Source: an uncultured Nitrospiraceae bacterium
GTDB lineage: Bacteria; Nitrospirota; Nitrospiria; Nitrospirales; Nitrospiraceae
DNA: 64,000 nucleotides
Direction: 5' to 3'
Assembly: GCA_963846575.1 (NCBI GenBank)
Contig: CAWJWJ010000001.1
Coordinates: 480,001 to 544,000 of the forward strand
Shown: one piece after another, positions 39,813 through 48,325 of the stretch
How the letters are laid out: each line of letters opens with the position of its first letter
How positions within the stretch are numbered: position 1 is the first letter of the stretch
Translations under genes and position numbers: made by a program
Notes under the pieces: generated by a model
Databases searched by the model: none
Seen by the model: the letters and a program-made list of their open reading frames with translations, nothing else
What the model was told of the DNA's origin: nothing

Positions 39813-40007
39813 CTAGTCGGAACGTCTCTTCGCAAGCCACTTCTGCCGGCGACGTTGCGCCTCTCGCTCTTTCGCCTTTTTCCGGACACTCGGCTTTTCG
39901 TAATACCGGCGGCGCTTCAGTTCGCGGAACAATCCTTCGCCCGCCAACTTTTTCTTGGCGACCTTCAGGGCTTTTTCGACGTTGTTGTTGAAAACCTTAA
40001 TTTCCAT
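39813..40007 (-). CDS. rpsU: 30S ribosomal protein S21
   Basis: EKALK...ELKRRRYYEKPS. Confidence 0.96.
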   Translation of the reverse strand: MEIKVFNNNVEKALKVAKKKLAGEGLFRELKRRRYYEKPSVRKKAKEREAQRRRQKWLAKRRSD

Positions 40008-40030
40008 CGTCTGCTACCTTCGACCCTCTT

Positions 40031-41593
40031 TCACCGAAGTTTCAGAATATTCAACACTTTCTGCGACCACGAATCGAAGGGCGGAGTGTAGCATAGCGAT
40101 TTCGCATCCACAAGCATTTGTTCTACTACCAGGAATCGATCACGAATAGAGGCAATAAGTTGCTGATTTGGCAGGGTTTTCATGTTCTCCTCGACCATTC
40201 CCAGACATCCATCGATCACCCCGTCAGCGAGATGGATGCCCATGTTGAGATCAGGGTGGAGTGCCGGTTTCGCCGACGCCAGGAGGCCGCGCAAAAGCGG
40301 GATGATCTCGCAGGACAGCTTCACAATTTCCAACGGCGGTTCTGTGGCAGACAATAAGCTTGAGGAAAGTTGAAGCGCGCGATGCGGATGGTTGAGCGGG
40401 AGTTTGCTCGCCTGGAGCACCTGCGCATAGGTTTCACGATCGAGCCTCACCAATTCATGGAGCCGCGTGCGAATCTCGCACAAACGTGTTTCCACCGCCC
40501 GCGCACGATTCAGCTTGGCCACCATGATGCCCAGAGAAGCCGCGAAGGCCGCGGAGTGGCCGCCCGCACTTCCTCCTGTCAGACCATGGCCATCGATCAC
40601 GGCACTCTGTAACGGATCGGCCTTCGACGGCAGGACAGATTGTTCCTTCAGCGGTTGCGACGACGACAATCGCCCGAATGCTTCTCGTGATTCGACGCTG
40701 TCCAATTGTGTTTCGAGGACCTGCCGGCCGTCGAATCGATCGAGGCGAAGCGCATGTTGGGCCGTGGCAATCAACGCTTGCGCGGGAACCAACCCGATGA
40801 CTTCGGTCTCCGCCACCTCGACACCACGCGCATGGGCCTCGCGCTCCACTGCCGAGAAAGCGGCATGCAGCGACGTCTCCTCATGGTTCGTGAGGTTCAT
40901 GGATACTTGCACCAACCCTGACGTTTTCAGTTCCACCCCGATGGCCTTCACAAATCGAAGCCCCCCGCTCGACTGTCGAACGATCCGGGCAATCTCGCTG
41001 GCGATCGACAGATCCCGGCTCTTCAGATTGACGTTAAATGCAACCAGCGGCCAGCGCGCCCCCACGGCCGTGACACCGGCTGTCTGGTGCGCCAGCTTCG
41101 GCCCGAAATCCGGAGCCCAGGCCGGGTCGGTCTCCATCCTGGCCGTCAACCCTTTCAGGCCTCCCTTTCGAATCCACTCGAGGTTTGTATGTTCGGGGCG
41201 AGAGGCCGCTGCCTCGTATAGGAACACCGGAATCTTCAACTCATTGCCGATCCGCTGGCCGACCATGCGCGCCAGTTGGACGCAGTCCTGCATACTGACG
41301 CCCCGGACGGGCACAAAGGGGATCACGTCTGTCGCGCCGACGCGCGGATGCTCGCCGTGATGACTGCGCAGGTCGATCAACCTGGTCGCCGCGCGCGCCA
41401 TCTGAAACGCCACCTCAGCCACCGCATAGGGCCGGCCGGCAAATGTCACGACAGCCCGGTGATGGTCCGGGTCCATCGTTTCATCCAACAGGGCTGCGCC
41501 GGGCACTGACCTGACGATCTCGACCAGCGCCCGAACGATGTCCGGATTACGGCCCTCGCTGAAATTCGGCACACATTCGACGACCTGGTTCAC
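40031..41593 (-). CDS. ftcD: Glutamate formimidoyltransferase with divergent cyclodeaminase domain
   Basis: ECVPNFSEG, DPDHHR, HGEHPRVGATDVIPF, VQVSMNL; GTG start at 41593 preferred. Confidence 0.92.
   Translation of the reverse strand: MNQVVECVPNFSEGRNPDIVRALVEIVRSVPGAALLDETMDPDHHRAVVTFAGRPYAVAEVAFQMARAATRLIDLRSHHGEHPRVGATDVIPFVPVRGVSMQDCVQLARMVGQRIGNELKIPVFLYEAAASRPEHTNLEWIRKGGLKGLTARMETDPAWAPDFGPKLAHQTAGVTAVGARWPLVAFNVNLKSRDLSIASEIARIVRQSSGGLRFVKAIGVELKTSGLVQVSMNLTNHEETSLHAAFSAVEREAHARGVEVAETEVIGLVPAQALIATAQHALRLDRFDGRQVLETQLDSVESREAFGRLSSSQPLKEQSVLPSKADPLQSAVIDGHGLTGGSAGGHSAAFAASLGIMVAKLNRARAVETRLCEIRTRLHELVRLDRETYAQVLQASKLPLNHPHRALQLSSSLLSATEPPLEIVKLSCEIIPLLRGLLASAKPALHPDLNMGIHLADGVIDGCLGMVEENMKTLPNQQLIASIRDRFLVVEQMLVDAKSLCYTPPFDSWSQKVLNILKLR
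40085..40113 (-). promoter_or_regulatory. Probable rpsU promoter inside 3' end of ftcD
   Basis: TTGTGG-17 bp-TACACT with extended -10 TG. Confidence 0.5.
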
Positions 41594-41739
41594 TCCGGTC
41601 CCTCTACCTGTCTCACCCGCAGTTGATCCACCGTTCTCCACAAAAGAGGTTCAGGCAAGAAAAAAGCCGGAGGCTGATCATCATGCCCTCCGGCTTTACA
41701 CAGCATGACAGCCCGCCCGCGCGCGCCTGTCGCCGACTG

Positions 41740-41985
41740 TCACTTCGTCTTTTTAACAAAGGCCTTATAGATCCGCTTGGAGGAATCCTGCTCTTCCTCC
41801 ATGCCCACCATCTCATGGCCGGTGGTTTGACACCAGGCCGGCATATCCTTCTTGATACCCTCGTCGTCAGAGACGACCTCCAGTACCTGCCCCGTCGCGA
41901 GCTCTTTAATTTTCTTCGAAGTCAAAATGATCGGCATCGGGCAGAAATACCCGAGCGTGTCGAGTTTCACATCAGCCTGTATCAT
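41740..41985 (-). CDS. TusA-family sulfur carrier
   Basis: LDTLGYFCPMPI, VSDD..IKKDMPAWC. Confidence 0.94.
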   Translation of the reverse strand: MIQADVKLDTLGYFCPMPIILTSKKIKELATGQVLEVVSDDEGIKKDMPAWCQTTGHEMVGMEEEQDSSKRIYKAFVKKTK

Positions 41986-42006
41986 GGAGCTCCCTCGGCC
42001 CGTCTC

Positions 42007-42537
42007 TTATATGAACAAATTGACACTGCCCTGCTTGGCTTCTGCCAGGTAGGTGGTCACTCCGGCGAACTGGTCGATCCCGTCGATCAACGTGTCCTTT
42101 GTAATCCCCATTAACCCCATCGTCGTCGTGCAGGCGATGAATCGTACGCCGAGATCCAGCGACATCTCCATCAATTCCGGCACGCCCGGCATGCGATTTT
42201 TTTTCATCACGACCTGCATCATCCTCGTCCCCAGCCCCCAGAAGTGGAAACGGGACAGCGGAAGTGTATCGGCGCCGCCCTTGTTGAGAAAGCCGAACAT
42301 GCGGCGCAACCAATCGGTGGCGGAACTGCTTGCCCCCTTCTTTCGAATCGTGTTGAGGCCCCAGAATGTAAAAAACACGGTCACCTGCATCCCCATGGCA
42401 GCAGCTCCGGTCGCAATAATGAAGGCGGCCATGGCTTTATCCAGATCTCCACTAAGGAGGACGATCGTGACACGATCAGGCTTCGACTCGCGGAGTTCCG
42501 CGAGAGCGGCCGTGGGCTCGATTTGTGCTGTGATCAT
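42007..42537 (-). CDS. DsrE2/DrsH-like sulfurtransferase
   Basis: SGDLDKAMAAFIIATGAAAMG, FFTFWGL, IACTTTMGLMG. Confidence 0.92.
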   Translation of the reverse strand: MITAQIEPTAALAELRESKPDRVTIVLLSGDLDKAMAAFIIATGAAAMGMQVTVFFTFWGLNTIRKKGASSSATDWLRRMFGFLNKGGADTLPLSRFHFWGLGTRMMQVVMKKNRMPGVPELMEMSLDLGVRFIACTTTMGLMGITKDTLIDGIDQFAGVTTYLAEAKQGSVNLFI

Positions 42538-42589
42538 CGGTTACCTCGCGCTCGGCATACGAAGTTTGCCTCAAACTGCAATGAAAGAA

Positions 42590-42619
42590 ACTATAGTCTC
42601 CGCTTGTTTTTCTTGTCAA
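42590..42619 (-). promoter_or_regulatory. sigma70 promoter for dsrE2-tusA
   Basis: TTGACA-18 bp-TATAGT. Confidence 0.65.
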
Positions 42620-42780
42620 GAAACTGGGCCGGCTAACGGCCATCTCTCGCCGGCATCTCCAGCATGCGGTCTCCTCACCAGGCTCCCGATTGCTTGACCT
42701 GCTGTAGGGCGGCCGTTATAGTCCCCTTGCCATACTGGCACGTCATCTTCCCAGCATATCGAGCCTTGTAGTCCTCGTTC

Positions 42781-43869
42781 ATGAACACAGACCTCATTAC
42801 CGAGCTGAGACCCACGAAGAGTGCTCCCCTGCTTGGATTCTGGTACCCCCTTACCACGAGCAGCTCACTGGCGAAGGGCCACATGCAATCGCAAGTGATG
42901 CTGGGACAGCCGATTCTCGCCTGCCGCGACCGTCACGGACAGGTGACGGCGATGCGTGATATCTGTCCCCACCGCGGCATGCCGCTCTCGTTCGGGCATT
43001 TCGACGGAGAGCGTGTGGAATGCGCCTATCATGGCTGGCAGTTTGATACGGGCGGTCGATGCCGTCATATTCCGGCGCTGATCGAAGGTTCTCCGCTCCA
43101 GCCCGATAAGATCGGGATCGTCTCTTATCCCTGCCAGGATCTCGACGGCTACATATGGGTGTTTCTCCCCGACCCGCAGCAACCGAACCAGGTTCCCCCG
43201 GAGCTCCCGCGGCTGCCACTGCCTTCCGAGCCCTATCGCCAGATCCAGATTTCGACTCTCTTAGACTGCACCATCGACGACGGGATCGTCGGTCTGATGG
43301 ACCCGGCCCATGGTCCATTCGTGCACCAAAGCTCCTGGTGGCGCACTAAGGCCAGCATCCACGACAAGGCCAAAACCTTCGAGCCGATACCGAACGGGTT
43401 TCGCATGGTTCCCCATGCGCCTTCCAAAAACAGCGGCCCGTACCAACTCCTGAACCGCTTTTACGGCGGCCCGCTGACCACGACCATCGACTTTGTGCTC
43501 CCCAACCAGCGGTTCGAACTCGTGCAATGCGGCTCGATGTTCGTCTCTTCACGCGCTACGGTGACACCCATCGGTGAACAACAATGTCGCATCGATTTTA
43601 CGGCGGCCTGGAATGCCTTTCGCTGGCTTCCGTTCTCTCAACCGCTGTTTCGCTACTTCGCGAATATTTTCATGAAGCAGGACAAGCAGGCGATGGAGCG
43701 GCAAGCCGTGGGACTGAAGTACAAACCGGCGCTCATGTTGATCAATGACGCCGATACTCCTGCCAAGTGGTACTACAAATTGAAGGCCGCGCACCTGGCG
43801 GCCGTGCAGACCGGTCGTCCGCTGGACCATCCCCTGAAGGGTCAGGTCACGCTCCGTTGGAGAAGTTAA
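42781..43869 (+). CDS. Rieske non-heme iron oxygenase alpha subunit (VanA-like)
   Basis: CPHRG, CAYHGW, DPAHGPFVH, QDKQAM. Confidence 0.93.
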   Translation: MNTDLITELRPTKSAPLLGFWYPLTTSSSLAKGHMQSQVMLGQPILACRDRHGQVTAMRDICPHRGMPLSFGHFDGERVECAYHGWQFDTGGRCRHIPALIEGSPLQPDKIGIVSYPCQDLDGYIWVFLPDPQQPNQVPPELPRLPLPSEPYRQIQISTLLDCTIDDGIVGLMDPAHGPFVHQSSWWRTKASIHDKAKTFEPIPNGFRMVPHAPSKNSGPYQLLNRFYGGPLTTTIDFVLPNQRFELVQCGSMFVSSRATVTPIGEQQCRIDFTAAWNAFRWLPFSQPLFRYFANIFMKQDKQAMERQAVGLKYKPALMLINDADTPAKWYYKLKAAHLAAVQTGRPLDHPLKGQVTLRWRS

Positions 43870-43875
43870 TCAGAA

Positions 43876-45906
43876 TCAGGGGGTGCGGGCCAATGGACTC
43901 GAGCCATTGTGCGGTTCGTTGAGCAGAGCCATGGCGCGGCGTATCTGATCACGGGATCCGAGCAGCGTGACCACGTCCCCGGATTGCAATCGCACCGTCT
44001 CGGAAGGATTCGACTGGGTCATCTGGCTACGAGTCCACGCGATCACAGACGCCCCGGTTCGCGGACGAATGGAGAGATCTGCCAGCGACTTGCCCACCGC
44101 CGGGGCATCGTCGTCGATGCGGCAGGTTTCCACCTCGACATCGGTCAGGGTGCCCCCGCGAAGATGATGGGCAAGTTCAGGCATCTCGCTGCGACGCAGC
44201 AAGGCATATCCCTCCCGCCGAATTTGCTCCGCCTTTCGCGCCACGAATTCCTGCGGCAAATTGTAGGTTCGCAGCACCAGCGCGAAGATTTCAATCGACG
44301 TTTCGAACTCCTCCGGCACGACGTCGTCGGCGCCCAACTGGTGCAGCTCTTCCAGTTCTCGTAAATACCGGGTCCGCACGACGATGTGGACGGACGGATT
44401 CAGCCCTTTCGCGACATTCACCGTCCTCCGGGCCGTGAAGGGATCGGACAGCGCCACCACCAACACTTTGGCATCTTCGATTCTCATGTGCCGAAGGACG
44501 TTGGCATTCGAGCCGTCGCCATAATAAATCGGCACACCGTGGCGCGATTCCCGACGCACCGTATCTCCATCCAAGTCGAGCACGACATGAGGAATTTCTG
44601 TTTCGCTCAGCACACGGGCCAGGTTTCGACCGTTCAACCCGTATCCCACGACAATCACATGATCCTTGATACGAACTTGCGATCCTGCCAACTGTTCGAC
44701 ATGGGCCGCCGTGCGTGTCGGCAGCCAGCCCCGCACCCGTTGCAGTGCCTCAATCCGCCGCCCCAGATAGGGAGACCACTGCATCAGGAAGGGAGTTACC
44801 ACCATCGTCAGGACCGACGTCGCCAAAAACAGTTGGTAGAGATCCCCGGTCAACAACCCCGCATCCTGGCCCTGCTGGGCCAGGATGAAACTGAACTCAC
44901 CCACCTGCGCCAGTGCCACACCGACCAGAACCGCCGACCTCGGCGGGGCTCCCGCGGCAATCATCGCTCCGGCCCCGGTCACCAGCTTGCCGACAATCAC
45001 CGCCACCAACAGCCCCAACACAATGAACGGATGGTTCAACACCACCCGAAGGTCCATCAGGACCCCGATCGACACAAAAAACAGACTATTGAAACTATCC
45101 CGAAACGGCAGGACCTCCGCAAGCGCCTGGTGGCTGTATTCGGATTCAGAAATGACCAGACCGGCAATAAACGCGCCGAGGGCCAGCGACAGCCCACCCA
45201 ATGAGGTCAGCCAGGCGATCCCCAGACAAAGCACAATGATCGAGAGCAGGAAGAGCTCCCGGCTTCGGCTTCGGACGATATGACGTAACAAGCGCGGCAC
45301 GAGGTACCAGGCTGCCGCGACAATCAGCCCGACGACCAGTGCCGCCTTGACTAAGGTCACCAAGACGGTCCCCATCGCGCTCCCGCTGGGAGTGGCCAAA
45401 ATCGGGGTTACCAGCATCATCGGGACGACCGCGAGATCTTGAAAGATTAGAATCGCAACCGTGGCCCGACCGTGAAACGAATCGCTCTCTCCCTGCTCGG
45501 ACAGTGCTTTCAGGACAATCGCGGTGCTACTGAGGGAAAGAAGAAAGCCCCAGAAAATTCCCTGTTGATAGGACAGTCCCACAACCAGTGCCCCCAACAA
45601 CGCCAGGATGAGGACACCTCCGGTCTGGACGGGAGCCGCGACCATCAGCACGCGACGGGCCGACGCAAAATGCGCGGACGAAAACTCCATGCCGATCGTG
45701 AATAGGAGCAGCACAATTCCGATTTCGGCCAGCACCTGCACTTGAGAGGCATCCGGAATCAAATGGAGTCCGTGCGGGCCGATCAAGGCGCCTGCCACGA
45801 GAAAACCGGCGATCGATGGCAGGCGGAACTGGTGAAACACAAAGACCACGACAGTGGACACGGTGTAGATCACCAACAGGTCGCCGAGTACTGCGTAGTC
45901 ACTCAT
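43876..45906 (-). CDS. CPA2 cation:proton antiporter with TrkA-N and TrkA-C domains
   Basis: LSSTAIV, FQDLAVV, AQVGEFSF, GYGLNG, C-terminal RCK_C. Confidence 0.95.
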   Translation of the reverse strand: MSDYAVLGDLLVIYTVSTVVVFVFHQFRLPSIAGFLVAGALIGPHGLHLIPDASQVQVLAEIGIVLLLFTIGMEFSSAHFASARRVLMVAAPVQTGGVLILALLGALVVGLSYQQGIFWGFLLSLSSTAIVLKALSEQGESDSFHGRATVAILIFQDLAVVPMMLVTPILATPSGSAMGTVLVTLVKAALVVGLIVAAAWYLVPRLLRHIVRSRSRELFLLSIIVLCLGIAWLTSLGGLSLALGAFIAGLVISESEYSHQALAEVLPFRDSFNSLFFVSIGVLMDLRVVLNHPFIVLGLLVAVIVGKLVTGAGAMIAAGAPPRSAVLVGVALAQVGEFSFILAQQGQDAGLLTGDLYQLFLATSVLTMVVTPFLMQWSPYLGRRIEALQRVRGWLPTRTAAHVEQLAGSQVRIKDHVIVVGYGLNGRNLARVLSETEIPHVVLDLDGDTVRRESRHGVPIYYGDGSNANVLRHMRIEDAKVLVVALSDPFTARRTVNVAKGLNPSVHIVVRTRYLRELEELHQLGADDVVPEEFETSIEIFALVLRTYNLPQEFVARKAEQIRREGYALLRRSEMPELAHHLRGGTLTDVEVETCRIDDDAPAVGKSLADLSIRPRTGASVIAWTRSQMTQSNPSETVRLQSGDVVTLLGSRDQIRRAMALLNEPHNGSSPLARTP

Positions 45907-46002
45907 CGTGTGAGGGGGTCCGAATCGGGGTCAGGAGCGAGTAATGCTGCGTAATCGCCACGCAGCATACCGCAGGGCTCTCCGCCGAACAAGCAGTTCC
46001 GC

Positions 46003-46031
46003 TTGTTCCGGCCTTCGCGCTCGGCTACAGT
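46003..46031 (+). promoter_or_regulatory. Promoter immediately before HAD start (leaderless candidate)
   Basis: TTGTTC-17 bp-TACAGT, 7 nt before ATG 46039. Confidence 0.5.
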
Positions 46032-46038
46032 GGCGCCC

Positions 46039-46791
46039 ATGTCCGGACCGCATCGCTTGCAGGAAATCCCTCTGCGCGCCATTATTTTTGATTTTAACGG
46101 CGTGGTTGCCGACGACGAGATGCCGCACCTGCAGTGCTTTCAGCAGGCCCTGGCCGAGCATGACCTTCTGTTGAGTCGGGAGGATTATTACGGGACCTAT
46201 CTGGGCATGGATGAGCGAACCTGCACGACCGATCTGCTACGGAAGCGAGACGGATGCTGCGATCCTCTGCTCCACTCGAAGATCATCGAACGAAAAGCGA
46301 CCCTGTTTCGAGACTATACCACCGTGCATCCAGCGCCCTTATTCCCCTGGGCCATCGAGTTCGTTCAGCAAGCGGCGGAGCACCATCGGCTGGCCATTGC
46401 CTCCGGGGGCAGGCGGGACCAGATTTTGTCCGCACTGTCAGGAAGCGCCATCGAAAAGGCCTTTGAATTGGTTGTTTCCGCAGACGAATGTTCCGTTGGC
46501 AAACCCGACCCCGCCATCTACGAGCTCACCCTCAGACACTTGAATGCACGTCATCCCAAACCACCGCTGCTCAGAGCCGACGAGTGCCTGGTGATCGAAG
46601 ATTCACGGGCCGGGGTGGTGGCAGGACTGACAGCGGGCATGCGTGTCCTTGCAGTCGCGACAACCTATCCCGCATCCCAACTCGGCGATGCACACTTGAT
46701 TCTCCCCAGTCTGAAAGGGATCACGCCCGCTGATGTCGCCCATCGGTTACTTCAGAACCGTCAGGGTGTGGCAGGGAGACACGGACGATGA
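46039..46791 (+). CDS. HAD-superfamily phosphatase
   Basis: FDFNGV motif I, IASG, GKPDP, IEDS. Confidence 0.92.
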   Translation: MSGPHRLQEIPLRAIIFDFNGVVADDEMPHLQCFQQALAEHDLLLSREDYYGTYLGMDERTCTTDLLRKRDGCCDPLLHSKIIERKATLFRDYTTVHPAPLFPWAIEFVQQAAEHHRLAIASGGRRDQILSALSGSAIEKAFELVVSADECSVGKPDPAIYELTLRHLNARHPKPPLLRADECLVIEDSRAGVVAGLTAGMRVLAVATTYPASQLGDAHLILPSLKGITPADVAHRLLQNRQGVAGRHGR

Positions 46792-46894
46792 AACCGCCAT
46801 CACGAGCGCGATGACCCTAATCAGACGGGGTTCTACAACAAGAACTGCAGGGAGGCTCAGCACGACCTCCCAGGAAAGTCTGGGAGGGAGCCGG

Positions 46895-47350
46895 CTAGAA
46901 GGGAATGCGAATGCCCATCTGAAACTCGTTGGGCATTACACCCCTACCCAACGAATCGCCCAGGAGGTTTTGCTGTGAAAATCCCGAGGAAGGACCCAGG
47001 GCCCGATCACGTTCAGTGACAAACCCGCCGCCGAATCCTGCCCCGATATAAGGAATCAGTGTCTGCTCCCTCAATTGTACACGTCCACTCAGGGTGGGGG
47101 TCTGACGAATGATGTCCTGGCCTCGATCGTCGACCGTAGGAAGCTGAGACAACGCGCTTGATGACTGTGGGCTCCGGTCACTCCACAGGGGAGGCTGGTT
47201 CAGCAGATCCTCGGCCAAGGCCGCACCAGCCAAGACGGCGGTTAACAGTCCCACACCCAGCACGGACCTGATGATATTCTGGGTCGTCCTTCCCGGACCT
47301 GTCACTTCAATCATCCGCATGTGAAACACCATACCCCAAACGCTCGACAC
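46895..47350 (-). CDS. Small exported protein with beta-barrel-like C-terminal strands
   Basis: Signal ending ALA, PYIGAGFGGG, terminal QMGIRIPF; start uncertain. Confidence 0.65.
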   Translation of the reverse strand: MSSVWGMVFHMRMIEVTGPGRTTQNIIRSVLGVGLLTAVLAGAALAEDLLNQPPLWSDRSPQSSSALSQLPTVDDRGQDIIRQTPTLSGRVQLREQTLIPYIGAGFGGGFVTERDRALGPSSGFSQQNLLGDSLGRGVMPNEFQMGIRIPF

Positions 47351-47487
47351 GCAACAAGTCGGTTCACTGCCTCACCAGCACCATCGCCGATTGATTCGCT
47401 GCACGATCATCGGGTCTCAACCAGTTCGTTTCAGTGCGAACCTTGTTTCTGCCGAAAGCTCCGGTTACCCTCCTATCCTGACGCTGC

Positions 47488-48315
47488 GTGAGCCACTTCG
47501 CGTATGTAGCAAGCCCTCGACCGACGGCCCCAATGATTTGTCTGACCGGCAACGTTCATCATCGCTCATACCGCGGCAGTGACGTACGTCCGGCGGGGCA
47601 CACGGAGGTGCAACTAGCTTTGCGGTATTGTGACATTGCCGCTCGACACCAGGTCAAGCTGACTCTGTTCATCACGGGTAAGGCCTGCCTCGAGGAACCT
47701 GATACGGTGGCGGCGTTGGGACGGTCTGCGCATTGCGAGATCGGCGGTCACACGTTCTGCGCCTTTCGTTCTCTTCCGCACTGGCTCTCAAAACACCTTG
47801 GAGGGTCCGTACTCGGTTCCGCCGCGATGCAAAGGTATGACATCGAGAGAACCATCACATCCATACAAGACGTCACAGGGAAAAGGATCACGGCCTGGCG
47901 TAATCACGCCTTCCAACGCGACGCTCACACGTATTCACTGCTGGGCGAACTGGGCATTCAGATCGTGTCGGATCAGGTCTCGACAACCACCACCTCGGTT
48001 GAACGTTTGAGCCAGGAACTGATCGCGCTGCCGATCAATACACTGCCTGACCATGAACACCTACTGCATGGCCGGTATGTTCCCGGACGCGCATATTTCT
48101 CGCAGCTAGAGGATAGAAGGACGATTCAGGAATGGCGGGAAAGCGTGGAGCATCAGGTGGACACGATTGAGCGCCTCGGCGGCATTGCAACTCTTCTGGT
48201 CCGCCCCCTCTGCATGGCGGTAGCGGACGACATGCAATCGTTCGACCAACTCTGCCGCTTTCTGTCCCGCTACGAGACCCGATGGATCTCCGAGGCAACC
48301 CTACCCAGAGGCTAG
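47488..48315 (+). CDS. Polysaccharide deacetylase (NodB/CE4-like) protein, degenerate active site
   Basis: TLFITG, EIGGHT, AWRNH, LPINTLPDHEH. Confidence 0.75.
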   Translation: MSHFAYVASPRPTAPMICLTGNVHHRSYRGSDVRPAGHTEVQLALRYCDIAARHQVKLTLFITGKACLEEPDTVAALGRSAHCEIGGHTFCAFRSLPHWLSKHLGGSVLGSAAMQRYDIERTITSIQDVTGKRITAWRNHAFQRDAHTYSLLGELGIQIVSDQVSTTTTSVERLSQELIALPINTLPDHEHLLHGRYVPGRAYFSQLEDRRTIQEWRESVEHQVDTIERLGGIATLLVRPLCMAVADDMQSFDQLCRFLSRYETRWISEATLPRG

Positions 48316-48325
48316 GCTGACGTCG

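Noticed and set aside
40467..41360. 297-aa plus-strand ORF
   Set aside because: Antisense to ftcD, no recognisable features
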